Origin: Chthoniobacteraceae bacterium
GTDB lineage: Bacteria; Verrucomicrobiota; Verrucomicrobiia; Chthoniobacterales; Chthoniobacteraceae
Reading direction: 5' to 3'
Assembly: GCA_037190965.1 (NCBI GenBank)
Contig: JBBCKI010000045.1
Location: 1 to 64,000 of the forward strand
Length of the DNA: 64,000 nucleotides
Shown here: piece after piece, positions 48,366-59,585 of the stretch
How the letters are laid out: each line of letters begins with the position of its first letter
How positions within the stretch are numbered: position 1 is the stretch's first letter
The notes under the pieces: generated by a model
Seen by the model: only the letters and a program-made list of their open reading frames with translations
The model's database searches: none
What the model was told of the DNA's origin: nothing
Position numbers and translations under genes: made by a program

Positions 48366-50423
48366 ATGACACATAGAACCCTCGCGATGGTCACCGCCGG
48401 CTTCACGGCAACCTCGCTTTTTGCCCAAACCGAACCAATCACCCCTACCCCGCAGCTTGAAGAGATCGTCGTGCGCGGTCGTGCCGACGACCTGATCGGT
48501 GTGGCCGCTTCCGCCTCCGAAGGAAGCGTCGGCCACGCGGAATTGGAAACCCGGCCCCTCTCGCGGCGCGGCGAATTACTGGAGGTCATTCCCGGCATGG
48601 TGGTCACGCAACATTCCGGCGACGGCAAGGCCAACCAATATTTCCTGCGCGGTTACAACCTCGATCACGGGAGCGACTTCGCGATTTCCGTCGACGGGCT
48701 GCCGGTCAACATGCCTACCCATGGCCACGGCCAGGGATATGCCGACCTCAACTTTCTGATCCCCGAACTGGTCGAGCGGGTTGATTTCGAGAAAGGCCCG
48801 TTCTACCCGGAGGTGGGCGACTTCTCGGGCGCAGGCGCGGCGCAGTTCCGGTTATTTGACGAACTCCCCAGCGGCATCGCCCTCGGCTCGTTCGGCTCCC
48901 ACGGTTACGGTCGCGTCCTCATTGCGGACTCCCCCAAAGTCGGGCCCGGCACGCTCCTGTATGCGTTTGAGATTACCCACTACGATGGCCCGTGGGATCA
49001 CGCGCAGGACGCCAACCGATACAACGCGATGCTCCGCTACCGCTGGGCCAATGGCGATGACCAGTTCCGCATCACGGCGATGAGCTACCACGGCGACTGG
49101 AACTCCACCGACCAGATCCCAAAACGGCTGGTGGATGACGGGAAGCTCTCGCGCTTCGGATCGTTGAACCCCAGCGACGGCGGCGCGTCGGACCGAGACA
49201 GCCTGGCTTTCGACTGGGTGCGCGATGACGGCCATACCGCGACCCGCCTCAATCTCTACGGGATCTACTACCGGCTCAATCTTTTCTCCGACTTCACCTA
49301 CTTCCTCGAAGAACCGGACACCGGCGACCAGTTCGAGCAGGTGGACAAACGCTTCATCCTGGGCGGCACGCTCGACCGGCTCTGGCGCACGGAATGGTTC
49401 GGCAGGGAAACGGAAAACATGCTGGGGCTTCAGGCTCGCAACGACATCATCCCGGAGGTGGGGCTTAACCGCAGCGAGAACCGGCGCGTTATCGGCGAGA
49501 TGCGAAAGGATCGCGTCAACGAATTCACCATCGGCCTTTTCGCAAAAAACAAGGTTCGCTGGAATGACTGGTTCCGCACGGAAATGGGCCTGCGCGGCGA
49601 TCTCTATCATTTCGACGTCGACAGCAGCATCCCGGAGAACTCGGGCGACGACTCCGCCGCCATCCTGAGCCCCAAGCTGAGCTTCATCTTTGGCCCGTGG
49701 AAAAAAACGGAACTCTATGTTAACCTCGGCACGGGCTTTCATAGCAACGACGCCCGCGGGGTGGTGATCAACGTCGATCCCGCCACGGGCGAGAAGACCG
49801 GCAAAGCCTCACCGCTGGTGAGGACGCAAGGCGCAGAAATAGGGGTACGCACGGCGGCGCTGCCGGGGCTCGTCAGCACGGTTTCGTTCTGGGCGCTGGA
49901 AAGCGATTCGGAGCTGGTCTTCACCGGCGATTCCGGGGCCACGGAGGCGGCGGGAGCCACCCGCCGTTATGGGATCGAGTGGGCCAATTACTACAAACCG
50001 ACCTCGTGGCTGACGCTGGACGCCGACCTTGCGCTCACGCACGCCCGATTCACCGACGCGGGCAGGGAGGGCTCGCGCATTCCCAACTCCATCGCCACCG
50101 TCTTCACGGCGGGCGCGACGATCGACACTCCGTGCGGCATCTTCGGAAGCCTGCGGTATCGCTACTTCGGCCCGCAGCCGCTGATCGAGGATAACAGCGC
50201 CCGTGCGGCTTCGTCCTCGCTAGTCAACGCACGACTGGGCTATCGTTACAAAAACTACGAACTCGCGCTCGATGTGCTGAATCTGTTCGATCAAAGGGTG
50301 AATGACATCACCTACTTCTATTCTTCACGGCTCCGTGGAGAACCGGCAGAAGGGGTCGATGACTATCACTCGCACCCGGCCGAACCACGTTCGTTCCGCC
50401 TGAGCGCGACGATCCGGTTTTAG
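48366..50423 (+). CDS. TonB-dependent outer-membrane receptor, putative Ni/Co uptake
   Basis: Signal peptide, TonB box 'LEEIVV', plug 'QHSGDGKANQYFLRGYNLDHG', 'HGHGQGY', 'NLFD', terminal Phe. Confidence 0.9.
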   Translation: MTHRTLAMVTAGFTATSLFAQTEPITPTPQLEEIVVRGRADDLIGVAASASEGSVGHAELETRPLSRRGELLEVIPGMVVTQHSGDGKANQYFLRGYNLDHGSDFAISVDGLPVNMPTHGHGQGYADLNFLIPELVERVDFEKGPFYPEVGDFSGAGAAQFRLFDELPSGIALGSFGSHGYGRVLIADSPKVGPGTLLYAFEITHYDGPWDHAQDANRYNAMLRYRWANGDDQFRITAMSYHGDWNSTDQIPKRLVDDGKLSRFGSLNPSDGGASDRDSLAFDWVRDDGHTATRLNLYGIYYRLNLFSDFTYFLEEPDTGDQFEQVDKRFILGGTLDRLWRTEWFGRETENMLGLQARNDIIPEVGLNRSENRRVIGEMRKDRVNEFTIGLFAKNKVRWNDWFRTEMGLRGDLYHFDVDSSIPENSGDDSAAILSPKLSFIFGPWKKTELYVNLGTGFHSNDARGVVINVDPATGEKTGKASPLVRTQGAEIGVRTAALPGLVSTVSFWALESDSELVFTGDSGATEAAGATRRYGIEWANYYKPTSWLTLDADLALTHARFTDAGREGSRIPNSIATVFTAGATIDTPCGIFGSLRYRYFGPQPLIEDNSARAASSSLVNARLGYRYKNYELALDVLNLFDQRVNDITYFYSSRLRGEPAEGVDDYHSHPAEPRSFRLSATIRF

Positions 50424-50434
50424 TCAGCGCTTCC

Positions 50435-51520
50435 CTAAGCTACGGCACGTTCCGGCTGAGGAATCGGCCGGGTGCCCTTGGTGCGATAGGCATCCTTCTT
50501 TTTCAGGATGGGCGCTTCCACGAAACGGAATGACAATCCCGCGAGTAACATTGAAAGAAAAACCACGAGAATCGCTTTTGGAACGGTCGAATTGCGATGG
50601 GCGTCCAATGCAAAAACTATCGGCAAATGGTAAAGGTAGATACCGTAGGACCTCTTCCCGATCCAGCGTACCCCCGGCGATTCCATAAACCACATCATAA
50701 ACCCAGGCTTGGCTTCCGTAGTAACACACAAAATGAAAGCAGCGATTATGATCGAAACCAATGTAAATCCTGCATGGGAAAAGGGCCACCAGGCGCTATG
50801 AGGATAGAAAATAATGATCAGCAAGAAGCCTAACAAAATTTCGGGAACTCGAAGCGCGCCGAGACGAGAAAGAATGCTTCTTACTCTTGTTGTCACAGGA
50901 ATCATTGCGGCAAAGACCCCCATAAGAAGACCATCCAGGCGCGCAAGCGCAAAATCCGAGGGAACCGAATCAAATTTCTTCATGGCAAGCCATGCTCGGA
51001 GAAGCATGGAAAGAAAAATCAATAGAGGCAAACTTCGCAAGAGCTGGGCGCGGCTGTTTGAACGGAGTATCGAAATGAGAAGCACCGGCCAGATTATGTA
51101 AAACTGCTCCTCGACTGATAGCGACCAGGTATGCCCCAGAGCGCCGATGTCGTTCTTGAAGAAATTGGCTACCTGGGACAAGACCACTGCGGACGCTTTC
51201 CATCAGTTAAAATTCGGAGGAACCGCATAAAAGGGCCGAAGCAGCCCATCAAGGAGAAGCAGAATGAGCACAGGCGGCAAAATGCGGAAAGCTCGGCGGA
51301 TATAGAAGTATTTAAGCGAAATCTGACCGGTTTCGGCATGTTCCTGCAGCAATAAGCGCGTAATCAAAAACCCGCTGAGGACAAAGAAGACATCTACACC
51401 AAAAATGCAGCGCGGGACTATCTCCAGACAATGCCCGACAACCACAAACAGCGCAGCCAAAGCCCGCACTCCATCGAGCCCTTGAAGGTAGTTTTTTTTG
51501 TAAAATGCATCCGCAGCCAT
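50435..51520 (-). pseudogene. Acyltransferase-3 (OafA-like) gene interrupted by one in-frame TGA at 51203-51205
   Basis: 'LDGVRA', 'GVDVFFVLSGFLIT', 'FYIRRAFRI' upstream and 'HTWSLSVEEQFY', 'SYGIYLYH', 'VEAP' downstream are in one frame; low GC. Confidence 0.8.
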
Positions 51521-51679
51521 GTCCGTCTATTCCTATTAAACCTATTACTTTGCGGATTCATTTCATGAAGTCGACTGGATGACGAACCTAAAAATGGCGA
51601 AAATAAAGACTCGAAATTCAGAAAGCCGAGCGCGGTTCAATTCCTGTAGTTCCCTTACACGGAACAGCCAGTCTTACGC

Positions 51680-51758
51680 GATTGGCGTCAGACGCGCCTC
51701 CTCGTCATCTCCCGCGTTCTCGGCTAGAGCGGGCTACCCGGCCTGTCCTTCAAACAAC
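51680..51758 (+). repeat. Degenerate right half of the REPIN-like element
   Basis: TCCCGCGTTCTCGGCTAGAGCGGGCTACCCGGCCTGTCCTTCAAAC. Confidence 0.6.
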
Positions 51759-51986
51759 GGTATGTAGTGACTCCCAATTCCCCAGAGCAACCTCAAGCTG
51801 CCCGCAATCATGCCGCAGTAATTCACCCACCCTGGAGCCGCGGTCGAGTTCCGTGGCCCAGCCCCGGTGGCGATATTGTTACCATCCCAATGGCCTACGA
51901 AGGTCCCCGGCGGTCGTGGTTTGAAAGGGAAAGGCTGTCACTCCGAACTTGAATTGCCGCGCTCGCCGGGTAGTTTCGGCGTTCCT

Positions 51987-53252
51987 ATGCAACTTTTGCC
52001 CGGTTTTCGGGACTTTTACCCCGAAGAGTGCGCACGCCGTAATTACATCCTTACGGCGTGGCGCGAGGTCGCGCGCCGTTATGGTTTCGTGGAATACGAC
52101 GGGCCAATGCTCGAAACCGTGGAGCTTTACAAGAAGAAGAGCGGCGGCGAACTCGTCGGTCAGCTCTTCGATTTCGTGGACAAGGGAGAGCGGCACGTCA
52201 CCCTCCGCCCGGAGATGACCCCCACCCTCGCCCGCATGGTGCTGGCCCGGGAGCGCGATTACAAGAAGCCGCTCAAGTGGTTCTGCGCGCCGCAGTTTTT
52301 CCGTTACGAGAAGCAACAGCGCGGCCGGTTGCGCGAGTTCGGCCAATTCAACGCCGACATTCTCGGCGAAGCCTCCGTGGCGGCTGATGCCGAGTTGATC
52401 GCCCTCGCCATCGACCTGTTGCGCGAGTTCGGGTTTACAGAAAAGGAGTTCGTTGTCCGCGTGAGCGACCGCGACGCCTGGCTCGCCTTCCTGCGGGCCA
52501 AGGGGGTCGATGAAAGCCGCGCTCCGGAGTTCCTCCCGATCATCGACAAGATCGAGCGCGACACGCCGGAAGTCCTTGCCACGAAGCTTGCCCCCTTCGG
52601 CCTGACGCTGGAGGAAGTTCGCGCCTTCATTGCCAACCCCGGCGAGCATTTTGAGAAGTTCAAGACCCTCGCCGCCGAACTCGACGCGCGCGGGCTCAAC
52701 GGCTTCTACCAGCTCGACCCGACCATCGTGCGCGGCCTCGCCTACTACACGGGCGTCGTCTTCGAAGTCTTTGACCGGAGCAAATCGCTACGCGCCCTTG
52801 CGGGTGGCGGGCGGTATGACAACCTGATGCGCGACATGAGCGACGGCAAGACCTCCCTCCCGGCCATCGGTTTCGGGATGGGCGACGTCGTCTTGGGCGA
52901 ACTCATCAACGCCACGCCGCACGCCCTGGAGAAACTCAAGGCGTGGATCGGGCACATTCACGCGGCGGATGCCTACGTAATCGTCGCCAATGAAACCCGC
53001 CGCCCGGAAGCCCTTGGGCTTGTCCAGCAGCTTCGCGGCAGCGGGTTGCGCGTCGATTTCCCGCTTTCGCCAGCGAAGGTCGGCAAACAATTTCAGGCCG
53101 CCGAAGCCCTTGGAGCCCGCTACGGCGTGCTCGTCGGCGACGAATGGCCGCTCGTAAAACTCAAAACCCTCGCCACGCGCGAAGAAATCGCCCTTTCGCC
53201 GGAAGAGCTTGTCTCCCGACTGGTCCCAGCCCTTAAATCTTCACTCGACTAA
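51987..53252 (+). CDS. hisS: Histidine--tRNA ligase
   Basis: 'PGFRDF', 'LRPEMT', 'FRYE..Q.GRLREF.Q', 'RGLAYYTG', 'GGGRYD'. Confidence 0.96.
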   Translation: MQLLPGFRDFYPEECARRNYILTAWREVARRYGFVEYDGPMLETVELYKKKSGGELVGQLFDFVDKGERHVTLRPEMTPTLARMVLARERDYKKPLKWFCAPQFFRYEKQQRGRLREFGQFNADILGEASVAADAELIALAIDLLREFGFTEKEFVVRVSDRDAWLAFLRAKGVDESRAPEFLPIIDKIERDTPEVLATKLAPFGLTLEEVRAFIANPGEHFEKFKTLAAELDARGLNGFYQLDPTIVRGLAYYTGVVFEVFDRSKSLRALAGGGRYDNLMRDMSDGKTSLPAIGFGMGDVVLGELINATPHALEKLKAWIGHIHAADAYVIVANETRRPEALGLVQQLRGSGLRVDFPLSPAKVGKQFQAAEALGARYGVLVGDEWPLVKLKTLATREEIALSPEELVSRLVPALKSSLD

Positions 53253-53260
53253 CCCAAGCC

Positions 53261-55039
53261 ATGTACCGCACCCACCTTTGCAACGCCCTTCGTAAAGAGC
53301 ATATCGGCCAAACCGTCACCCTCTCCGGCTGGGTTAATTCGCGCCGCGACCACGGCGGCGTCATCTTTATCGACTTGCGCGACCGCGAAGGGATCACCCA
53401 GGTGGTCTTCCGCCCCGAGGAACACCCGCAGGTTTCCGAGCTTTCCCACGGCCTGCGTGGTGAAGACGTGATCCGCGTCACTGGCATCGTTTCCGCCCGG
53501 CTCACCGGCACGGAAAACGCCAAGCTCGCCACGGGCGACATCGAGATCGTCGCCACGGCACTCGACGTGCTCAACAAGGCCGATGTGCCTCCTTTCCCGC
53601 TCGACTCCAAGGTCGCCAACGAAGATCTCCGGCTCACCTACCGCTACCTCGACCTACGCCGCACGGAGATGGCCAACAATCTCAAACTGCGTCACCGGGT
53701 CGTCAAAGCCACGCGGGACTACCTCGACGAACGCGGTTATCTGGAAATCGAAACGCCGATTCTCTCCAACCCGACACCGGAAGGCGCGCGCGACTTCCTC
53801 GTCCCATCGCGCCTGACCCCCGGCAGCTTCTATGCGCTGCCCCAGGCCCCGCAGCAGTACAAACAGCTCCTTCAGGTGGCCGGGCTTGAGAAATACTTCC
53901 AGGTGGCCCGCTGCTTCCGCGATGAAGACCTGCGCGCGGACCGCCAGCCGGAGTTCACGCAGATCGACGTGGAAGCCTCGTTCATTACCGATGTCGAGAT
54001 CCAGACGCTGATCGAAGGGCTTCTCGCCCGCATCTTCAAGGAGTCCCGCGGCATCGACATCCCGACGCCCTTCCGCCGGATGCCTTATCAGGAAGCAATG
54101 GACAAGTACGGCTCCGACAAGCCCGATCTCCGCTTCGGCATCGAGCTGGTGGAACTGAGCGACATCTTCGGCGAATCCCAGTTCAAGGTATTCCGGTCCG
54201 TTCTCGACAACGGCGGCGTCATCAAGGCGATCAACGCCAAGGGCGCGGCCAACGCGTTTTCCAAGGAACAGCTCAAGAAATGGGAGGAATGGGTCAAGGT
54301 GGAGTTCGGCGCGAAGGGTCTTGCTTACATCCGCCTCAAGGACGGCGTGTGGGAATCGCCCATCGTCAAATTCTTCAGCGAAACCGAGAAAGCCGCGCTC
54401 GCCGAGCGGATGGGCTTTGAAGAGGGCGACGTTCTCTTCTTCGGCGCGGAGAAATGGGAACCCGTCGTCACCGTTCTCGGCCGCGTGCGACTGCGCGTCG
54501 CGGAACTCCTCAAACTGGTGGAAAACAGCGATGAACTCAACTTCCTCTGGGTGGTCGACTTCCCGCTCCTCGCCTGGGCGCCCGAAGACAATAAATGGGT
54601 GGCCGTGCATCACCCCTTCACCCGCCCGAAGGCGGAAGATGTCGCGCTCATGGAAGCGGGCGGCGATCTCTCCAAGGTGCGCGCCGTCGCCTATGACGTG
54701 GTGCTCAACGGCGTGGAACTCGGCGGCGGCTCCATCCGGATTCACGAGCGCGATTTGCAGGCCAAGATGTTCGAAATCCTGGGCGTCAACGCCGAGGAAC
54801 AGCAGCACAAGTTTGGCCACCTCCTGCGGGCCTTCAGCTTCGGGGCGCCTCCCCACGGCGGCATCGCGCTCGGCCTCGACCGTCTGGTGATGCTCCTGGC
54901 CGGGGCGGAATCGATCCGCGAAGTCATCGCGTTCCCCAAGAACAACCGGGGCACCGACCTGATGACGCAGTCGCCCGTGGAGGTCGATTTCAAGCAGCTC
55001 CGCGAGCTTTACATCCAAAGCACCGCGAAGAAGGGGTAA
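53261..55039 (+). CDS. aspS: Aspartate--tRNA ligase (likely non-discriminating)
   Basis: 'RRDHGG', 'TPEGARDF', 'FRDEDLRADRQPEFTQ', 'HHPFT', 'PPHGG.A.GLDR'. Confidence 0.97.
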   Translation: MYRTHLCNALRKEHIGQTVTLSGWVNSRRDHGGVIFIDLRDREGITQVVFRPEEHPQVSELSHGLRGEDVIRVTGIVSARLTGTENAKLATGDIEIVATALDVLNKADVPPFPLDSKVANEDLRLTYRYLDLRRTEMANNLKLRHRVVKATRDYLDERGYLEIETPILSNPTPEGARDFLVPSRLTPGSFYALPQAPQQYKQLLQVAGLEKYFQVARCFRDEDLRADRQPEFTQIDVEASFITDVEIQTLIEGLLARIFKESRGIDIPTPFRRMPYQEAMDKYGSDKPDLRFGIELVELSDIFGESQFKVFRSVLDNGGVIKAINAKGAANAFSKEQLKKWEEWVKVEFGAKGLAYIRLKDGVWESPIVKFFSETEKAALAERMGFEEGDVLFFGAEKWEPVVTVLGRVRLRVAELLKLVENSDELNFLWVVDFPLLAWAPEDNKWVAVHHPFTRPKAEDVALMEAGGDLSKVRAVAYDVVLNGVELGGGSIRIHERDLQAKMFEILGVNAEEQQHKFGHLLRAFSFGAPPHGGIALGLDRLVMLLAGAESIREVIAFPKNNRGTDLMTQSPVEVDFKQLRELYIQSTAKKG

Positions 55040-55053
55040 GCCGGATTGATGAG

Positions 55054-55236
55054 AATGGCGCGGCAGCACCGTAGCACGCCCGCGCCGTCGATCGAGGGTA
55101 TCGGCTCTCGTGGTTTCATGAGGGCCGCATCCTAATACCAGGAGCCCGTCCTGCGGGGATGGGCGCGAAACGCGGCTCCAGGTCCGCTCCCGCGCTCTCG
55201 GCGAGAGCGGTCTACCTGGCCGCTCCTCCAAACAAC
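55054..55236 (+). repeat. Full REPIN-like element with conserved flanks
   Basis: AATGGCGCGGCAGCACCGTAG...TTCATGAGGGCCGCATCC...AGCCCGTCCTGCGGGGATG...CCCGCGCTCTCGGCGAGAGCGGTCTACC...TCCTCCAAAC. Confidence 0.85.
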
Positions 55237-55291
55237 CCGGAGTCACCGTTCCGCTCGCCAAATCGGCGGATCGCGCTATAATCGCCCCCGC

Positions 55292-56308
55292 ATGGCTAAT
55301 AAACTGCAATGGGGGCTTATCGGCACGGGGACGATCGCGCGCGAATTCGCGGCCTCGCTGGCTCAATCGGAAACCGGCGAACTTGCCGCCATCGGCAGCC
55401 GCACGGAACAGAAGGCGGCCGAGTTTGCGCGGGATTTCCCCGCCACCACCCACGGCAGCTACGAAGCCCTGCTGGCGGACCCCGCCGTGGAAGCGGTCTA
55501 CATTTCCACGCCGCACCCGTCGCACGCCGAATGGACGGTCAAAGCCGCCGAAGCGGGCAAGCACATCCTTTGCGAAAAGCCGCTTGCGATGAACTTTGCC
55601 GAGGCCTCCGCCTCCATTGAAGCCGCCCGACGCAACAATGTCTTCCTGATGGAAGCATTCATGTACCGCAGCCACCCGCAAACCGCGCGGCTCGTGGAGT
55701 TGCTTCGTGACAAGGCCATCGGCGACGTCCAGTTCGTCCGCGCTGCCTTCAGTTACCGCATGGATGACCCCAAATCCCGGGCGCTCGATCACGCCCTCGG
55801 CGGCGGCGGCATTCTCGATGTCGGCTGTTATTGCGCCTCCATGGCCCGCCTCGTGGCAGGAGCCGCCTCTGGCAAGGAATTCGAAAACCCCACCGCGGTC
55901 AAAGCCGTCGGCATCATCGGTGCGGGAAGCCGCGTGGACGAATTCACCATCGCCTCGCTGGAGTTCCCCAACCAGATCCTCGGGGAAATCGCCACCGGCG
56001 TCCGGATCGTCCTGGACAACAACGTCCGGATCGTTGGCACGCAGGGGAGCATCCTCGTTCCCGAACCGTGGCAGCCGTCCCGATACGGCGGTTTTTCGAA
56101 GATCATTCTCTTCAAGAACGGTATTCCCGAAGAGGTGCTGATCGAATCCCCAAAAAGACTCTACGCGCTGGAGGCCGATCACGTGGCCCGGCAGATCGCC
56201 GAAGGGCGGCGTCAATCCCCCGCCATGCCATGGGACGATACGCTCGGCAACATGAAGACCCTCGACGCCTGGCGCGCCTCCATCGGGCTCGCGTATGATT
56301 GGGAGTGA
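55292..56308 (+). CDS. Gfo/Idh/MocA oxidoreductase
   Basis: 'WGLIGTGTIA', 'HILCEKP', 'LMEAFMYR', 'GGGILDVGCY'. Confidence 0.92.
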   Translation: MANKLQWGLIGTGTIAREFAASLAQSETGELAAIGSRTEQKAAEFARDFPATTHGSYEALLADPAVEAVYISTPHPSHAEWTVKAAEAGKHILCEKPLAMNFAEASASIEAARRNNVFLMEAFMYRSHPQTARLVELLRDKAIGDVQFVRAAFSYRMDDPKSRALDHALGGGGILDVGCYCASMARLVAGAASGKEFENPTAVKAVGIIGAGSRVDEFTIASLEFPNQILGEIATGVRIVLDNNVRIVGTQGSILVPEPWQPSRYGGFSKIILFKNGIPEEVLIESPKRLYALEADHVARQIAEGRRQSPAMPWDDTLGNMKTLDAWRASIGLAYDWE

Positions 56309-56475
56309 TCGCAGACGGAATCCCGGTCTGCTTTCCCCTCTTGCCTTTTGACTTCCCGTTTGGTCAGATAATCGGAAGCGGCGGGCCCAAATGCCTCCCT
56401 GCCAATACTTTCCAATCTTTGTCTCAAGCCGGGTGAAATTCCTTCTCCTTTCCCACAATCCAAGGCCGCTCCATC

Positions 56476-57420
56476 ATGCCGGTTGAAGACCCCATCCCCC
56501 AGTTGAAATTGCAACGCCAGGACGACCAGGAAAGCGCGCCGGTCGCCGCAACCGCCTCCGCTCCCCCGCTTCCATCAAAGGCTGGCTCATTCGATCTCTG
56601 GATCGAAGCCGGTCATACCGAGAAGCATTACTGGATCGACATCTGGCGCTTTCGCGAACTGCTCTTCATCCTCGCCTGGCGGGATCTCGCAGTCCGCTAC
56701 AAACAATCCGTAGCAGGGGTCGCCTGGGCGCTGATCCAACCGCTAATCAGCATGCTGGTCATGGTCGTCATCTACCGGAAGGTCGCCGGGATGCCGACTA
56801 TCGCGGAGGCTCCTTATGCCATCATGATCTTCGCGGGGCTTCTCCCGTGGAATTTTTTTGCGGGGTCGATGTCCAAGGCGGGGGAGAGCCTCGTCGGCAA
56901 CGCCAACATGATCTCGAAGATCTACTTCCCCCGGGCGATCATTCCGGCCAGTTCCGTGCTCGTCTCCCTTGCGGACTTCGTCATCTCGCTGGCGATCCTC
57001 GGCGGGTTGATGGTCTGGTATGAATTCGCGCCGACCTGGCGGTTCTGGTTTTTGCCACTTTTCACCGCGCTCACGATTCTGGCTTCGATGGGGATCGGCC
57101 TCTTCATCACCGCGCTGATGCTCCGCTTCCGCGACTTCCGCTTCATCGTTCCTGTCGTCGTCCAATTCGGCATGTGGATTTCCGTGATTCCCCTGACCTC
57201 CGCCGAATTGCGCGAGAAGATCGGTGACCTCTGGTTCTTCATTTATTCATTGAACCCGCTGGTCGGGATTATCGAAGGCTTTCGGTGGGCGATCCTCGGC
57301 AACGGTGCTCCCCTTTCCTTCCTGAACCTCTTCATTTCCCTGGTGGTGTCCGCCCTTATCTTCGCGGGCGGCGTTACCTTCTTCCGTAAAACCGAACGCC
57401 ACTTCGCGGACATTATCTAG
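56476..57420 (+). CDS. wzm: Polysaccharide ABC exporter permease (Wzm)
   Basis: 'RDL.VRYKQS..G..W...QP', 'ISKIYFPR', 'RFRD', 'LNP'. Confidence 0.9.
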   Translation: MPVEDPIPQLKLQRQDDQESAPVAATASAPPLPSKAGSFDLWIEAGHTEKHYWIDIWRFRELLFILAWRDLAVRYKQSVAGVAWALIQPLISMLVMVVIYRKVAGMPTIAEAPYAIMIFAGLLPWNFFAGSMSKAGESLVGNANMISKIYFPRAIIPASSVLVSLADFVISLAILGGLMVWYEFAPTWRFWFLPLFTALTILASMGIGLFITALMLRFRDFRFIVPVVVQFGMWISVIPLTSAELREKIGDLWFFIYSLNPLVGIIEGFRWAILGNGAPLSFLNLFISLVVSALIFAGGVTFFRKTERHFADII

Positions 57421-57430
57421 AATACTGAGC

Positions 57431-58688
<1,258 letters not shown>

Positions 58689-58699
<11 letters not shown>

Positions 58700-59585
58700 G
58701 TGCGTCTACACTCTCGCCAACGAGGCGGTAAGGCTCCAATTCCTGGCGATGGAGCGGTCGCTGCGTGCCACCGGCTGTGATCTCCCCATCCGGCTGCTTC
58801 CCTTTGACGAAAGGGTGTTCCCGCTTCCGGCGAACTCCGAGTGGTTCCACGCCGAAATCAACGACTGGCTCTCCGGTCACGGGTCGATGCCGATGTACCG
58901 GAAGTACCACTGCATCACGCAGGCGAACTATGTTTATACGGACTCCGACATCGTCTTCCTGAGAGACCCGCGCGAGGTCCTGGAGCCTCTGGAGGGATTC
59001 CTGGTCGCGGACACCGAGTTCAGCAAGCCGCAGTACACCTATACCCCGGAGAGCGGCGCGATACTCCCCCGCTACACGAGCCTTTGGCTGCGAAAGATTT
59101 TCAACGCCGGTTTCTTCGCCTGCGACCGCGTCCTCTACCCCGAAGAAGCGCTCAAACAGGCTGCCGAACAGCCCGAAAATGCGTTCACCTGCCTGCACGA
59201 CAACGATCAGACCGGGCTAAACCTTCTCGTCGCCAGGCTCGGCATTACTCCGGTCAACCTCAACCTCCCGCCGTTTGAAATGGAATCGACCTGGGCAGGC
59301 GACTATCCCGGGGAATACGAGACGCTCTGGAACCCGCCGGAGCGGAAGCCGCTCTTCGTTCATTGGGCCGGGCCGGTGTTGAACGACTCCTGCGAAGAAC
59401 GCCCCATCAATCGTCTTTTTCTGGAATTTCTGACAAAAACGGAACGGCAGGAGTGGGAATCCAAACAAGCGGAAAAGATGGAACGGGAACGCCTGAAGGG
59501 TCGCTGGCCCTTTGGCGTGCGGCTCCTCAACCAGGCGGTGAAGCGGCTTTACCCACGCTATCACGTTCAACCCAAAAGATCGTGA
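58689..59585 (+). CDS. Putative GT-A glycosyltransferase (GT8-like)
   Basis: 'YTDSD', 'FNAG', 'DQ..LN', 'HWAG'. Confidence 0.65.

Noticed and set aside
51203..51205. Selenocysteine or alternative genetic code at the in-frame TGA
   Set aside because: Acyltransferase-3 is not a known selenoprotein, I saw no convincing SECIS, and TGA terminates many genes in the window.
51760..51986. T-box or attenuator leader upstream of hisS-aspS
   Set aside because: No T-box consensus, His-rich leader peptide or terminator seen.
53654..56458. 934-aa minus-strand ORF
   Set aside because: Antisense shadow of aspS and the oxidoreductase caused by GC-rich codon bias; no protein motifs; runs through a repeat.
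56310..56475. JUMPstart/ops element before wzm
   Set aside because: No GGCGGTAG motif; only a short hairpin at 56311-56331.
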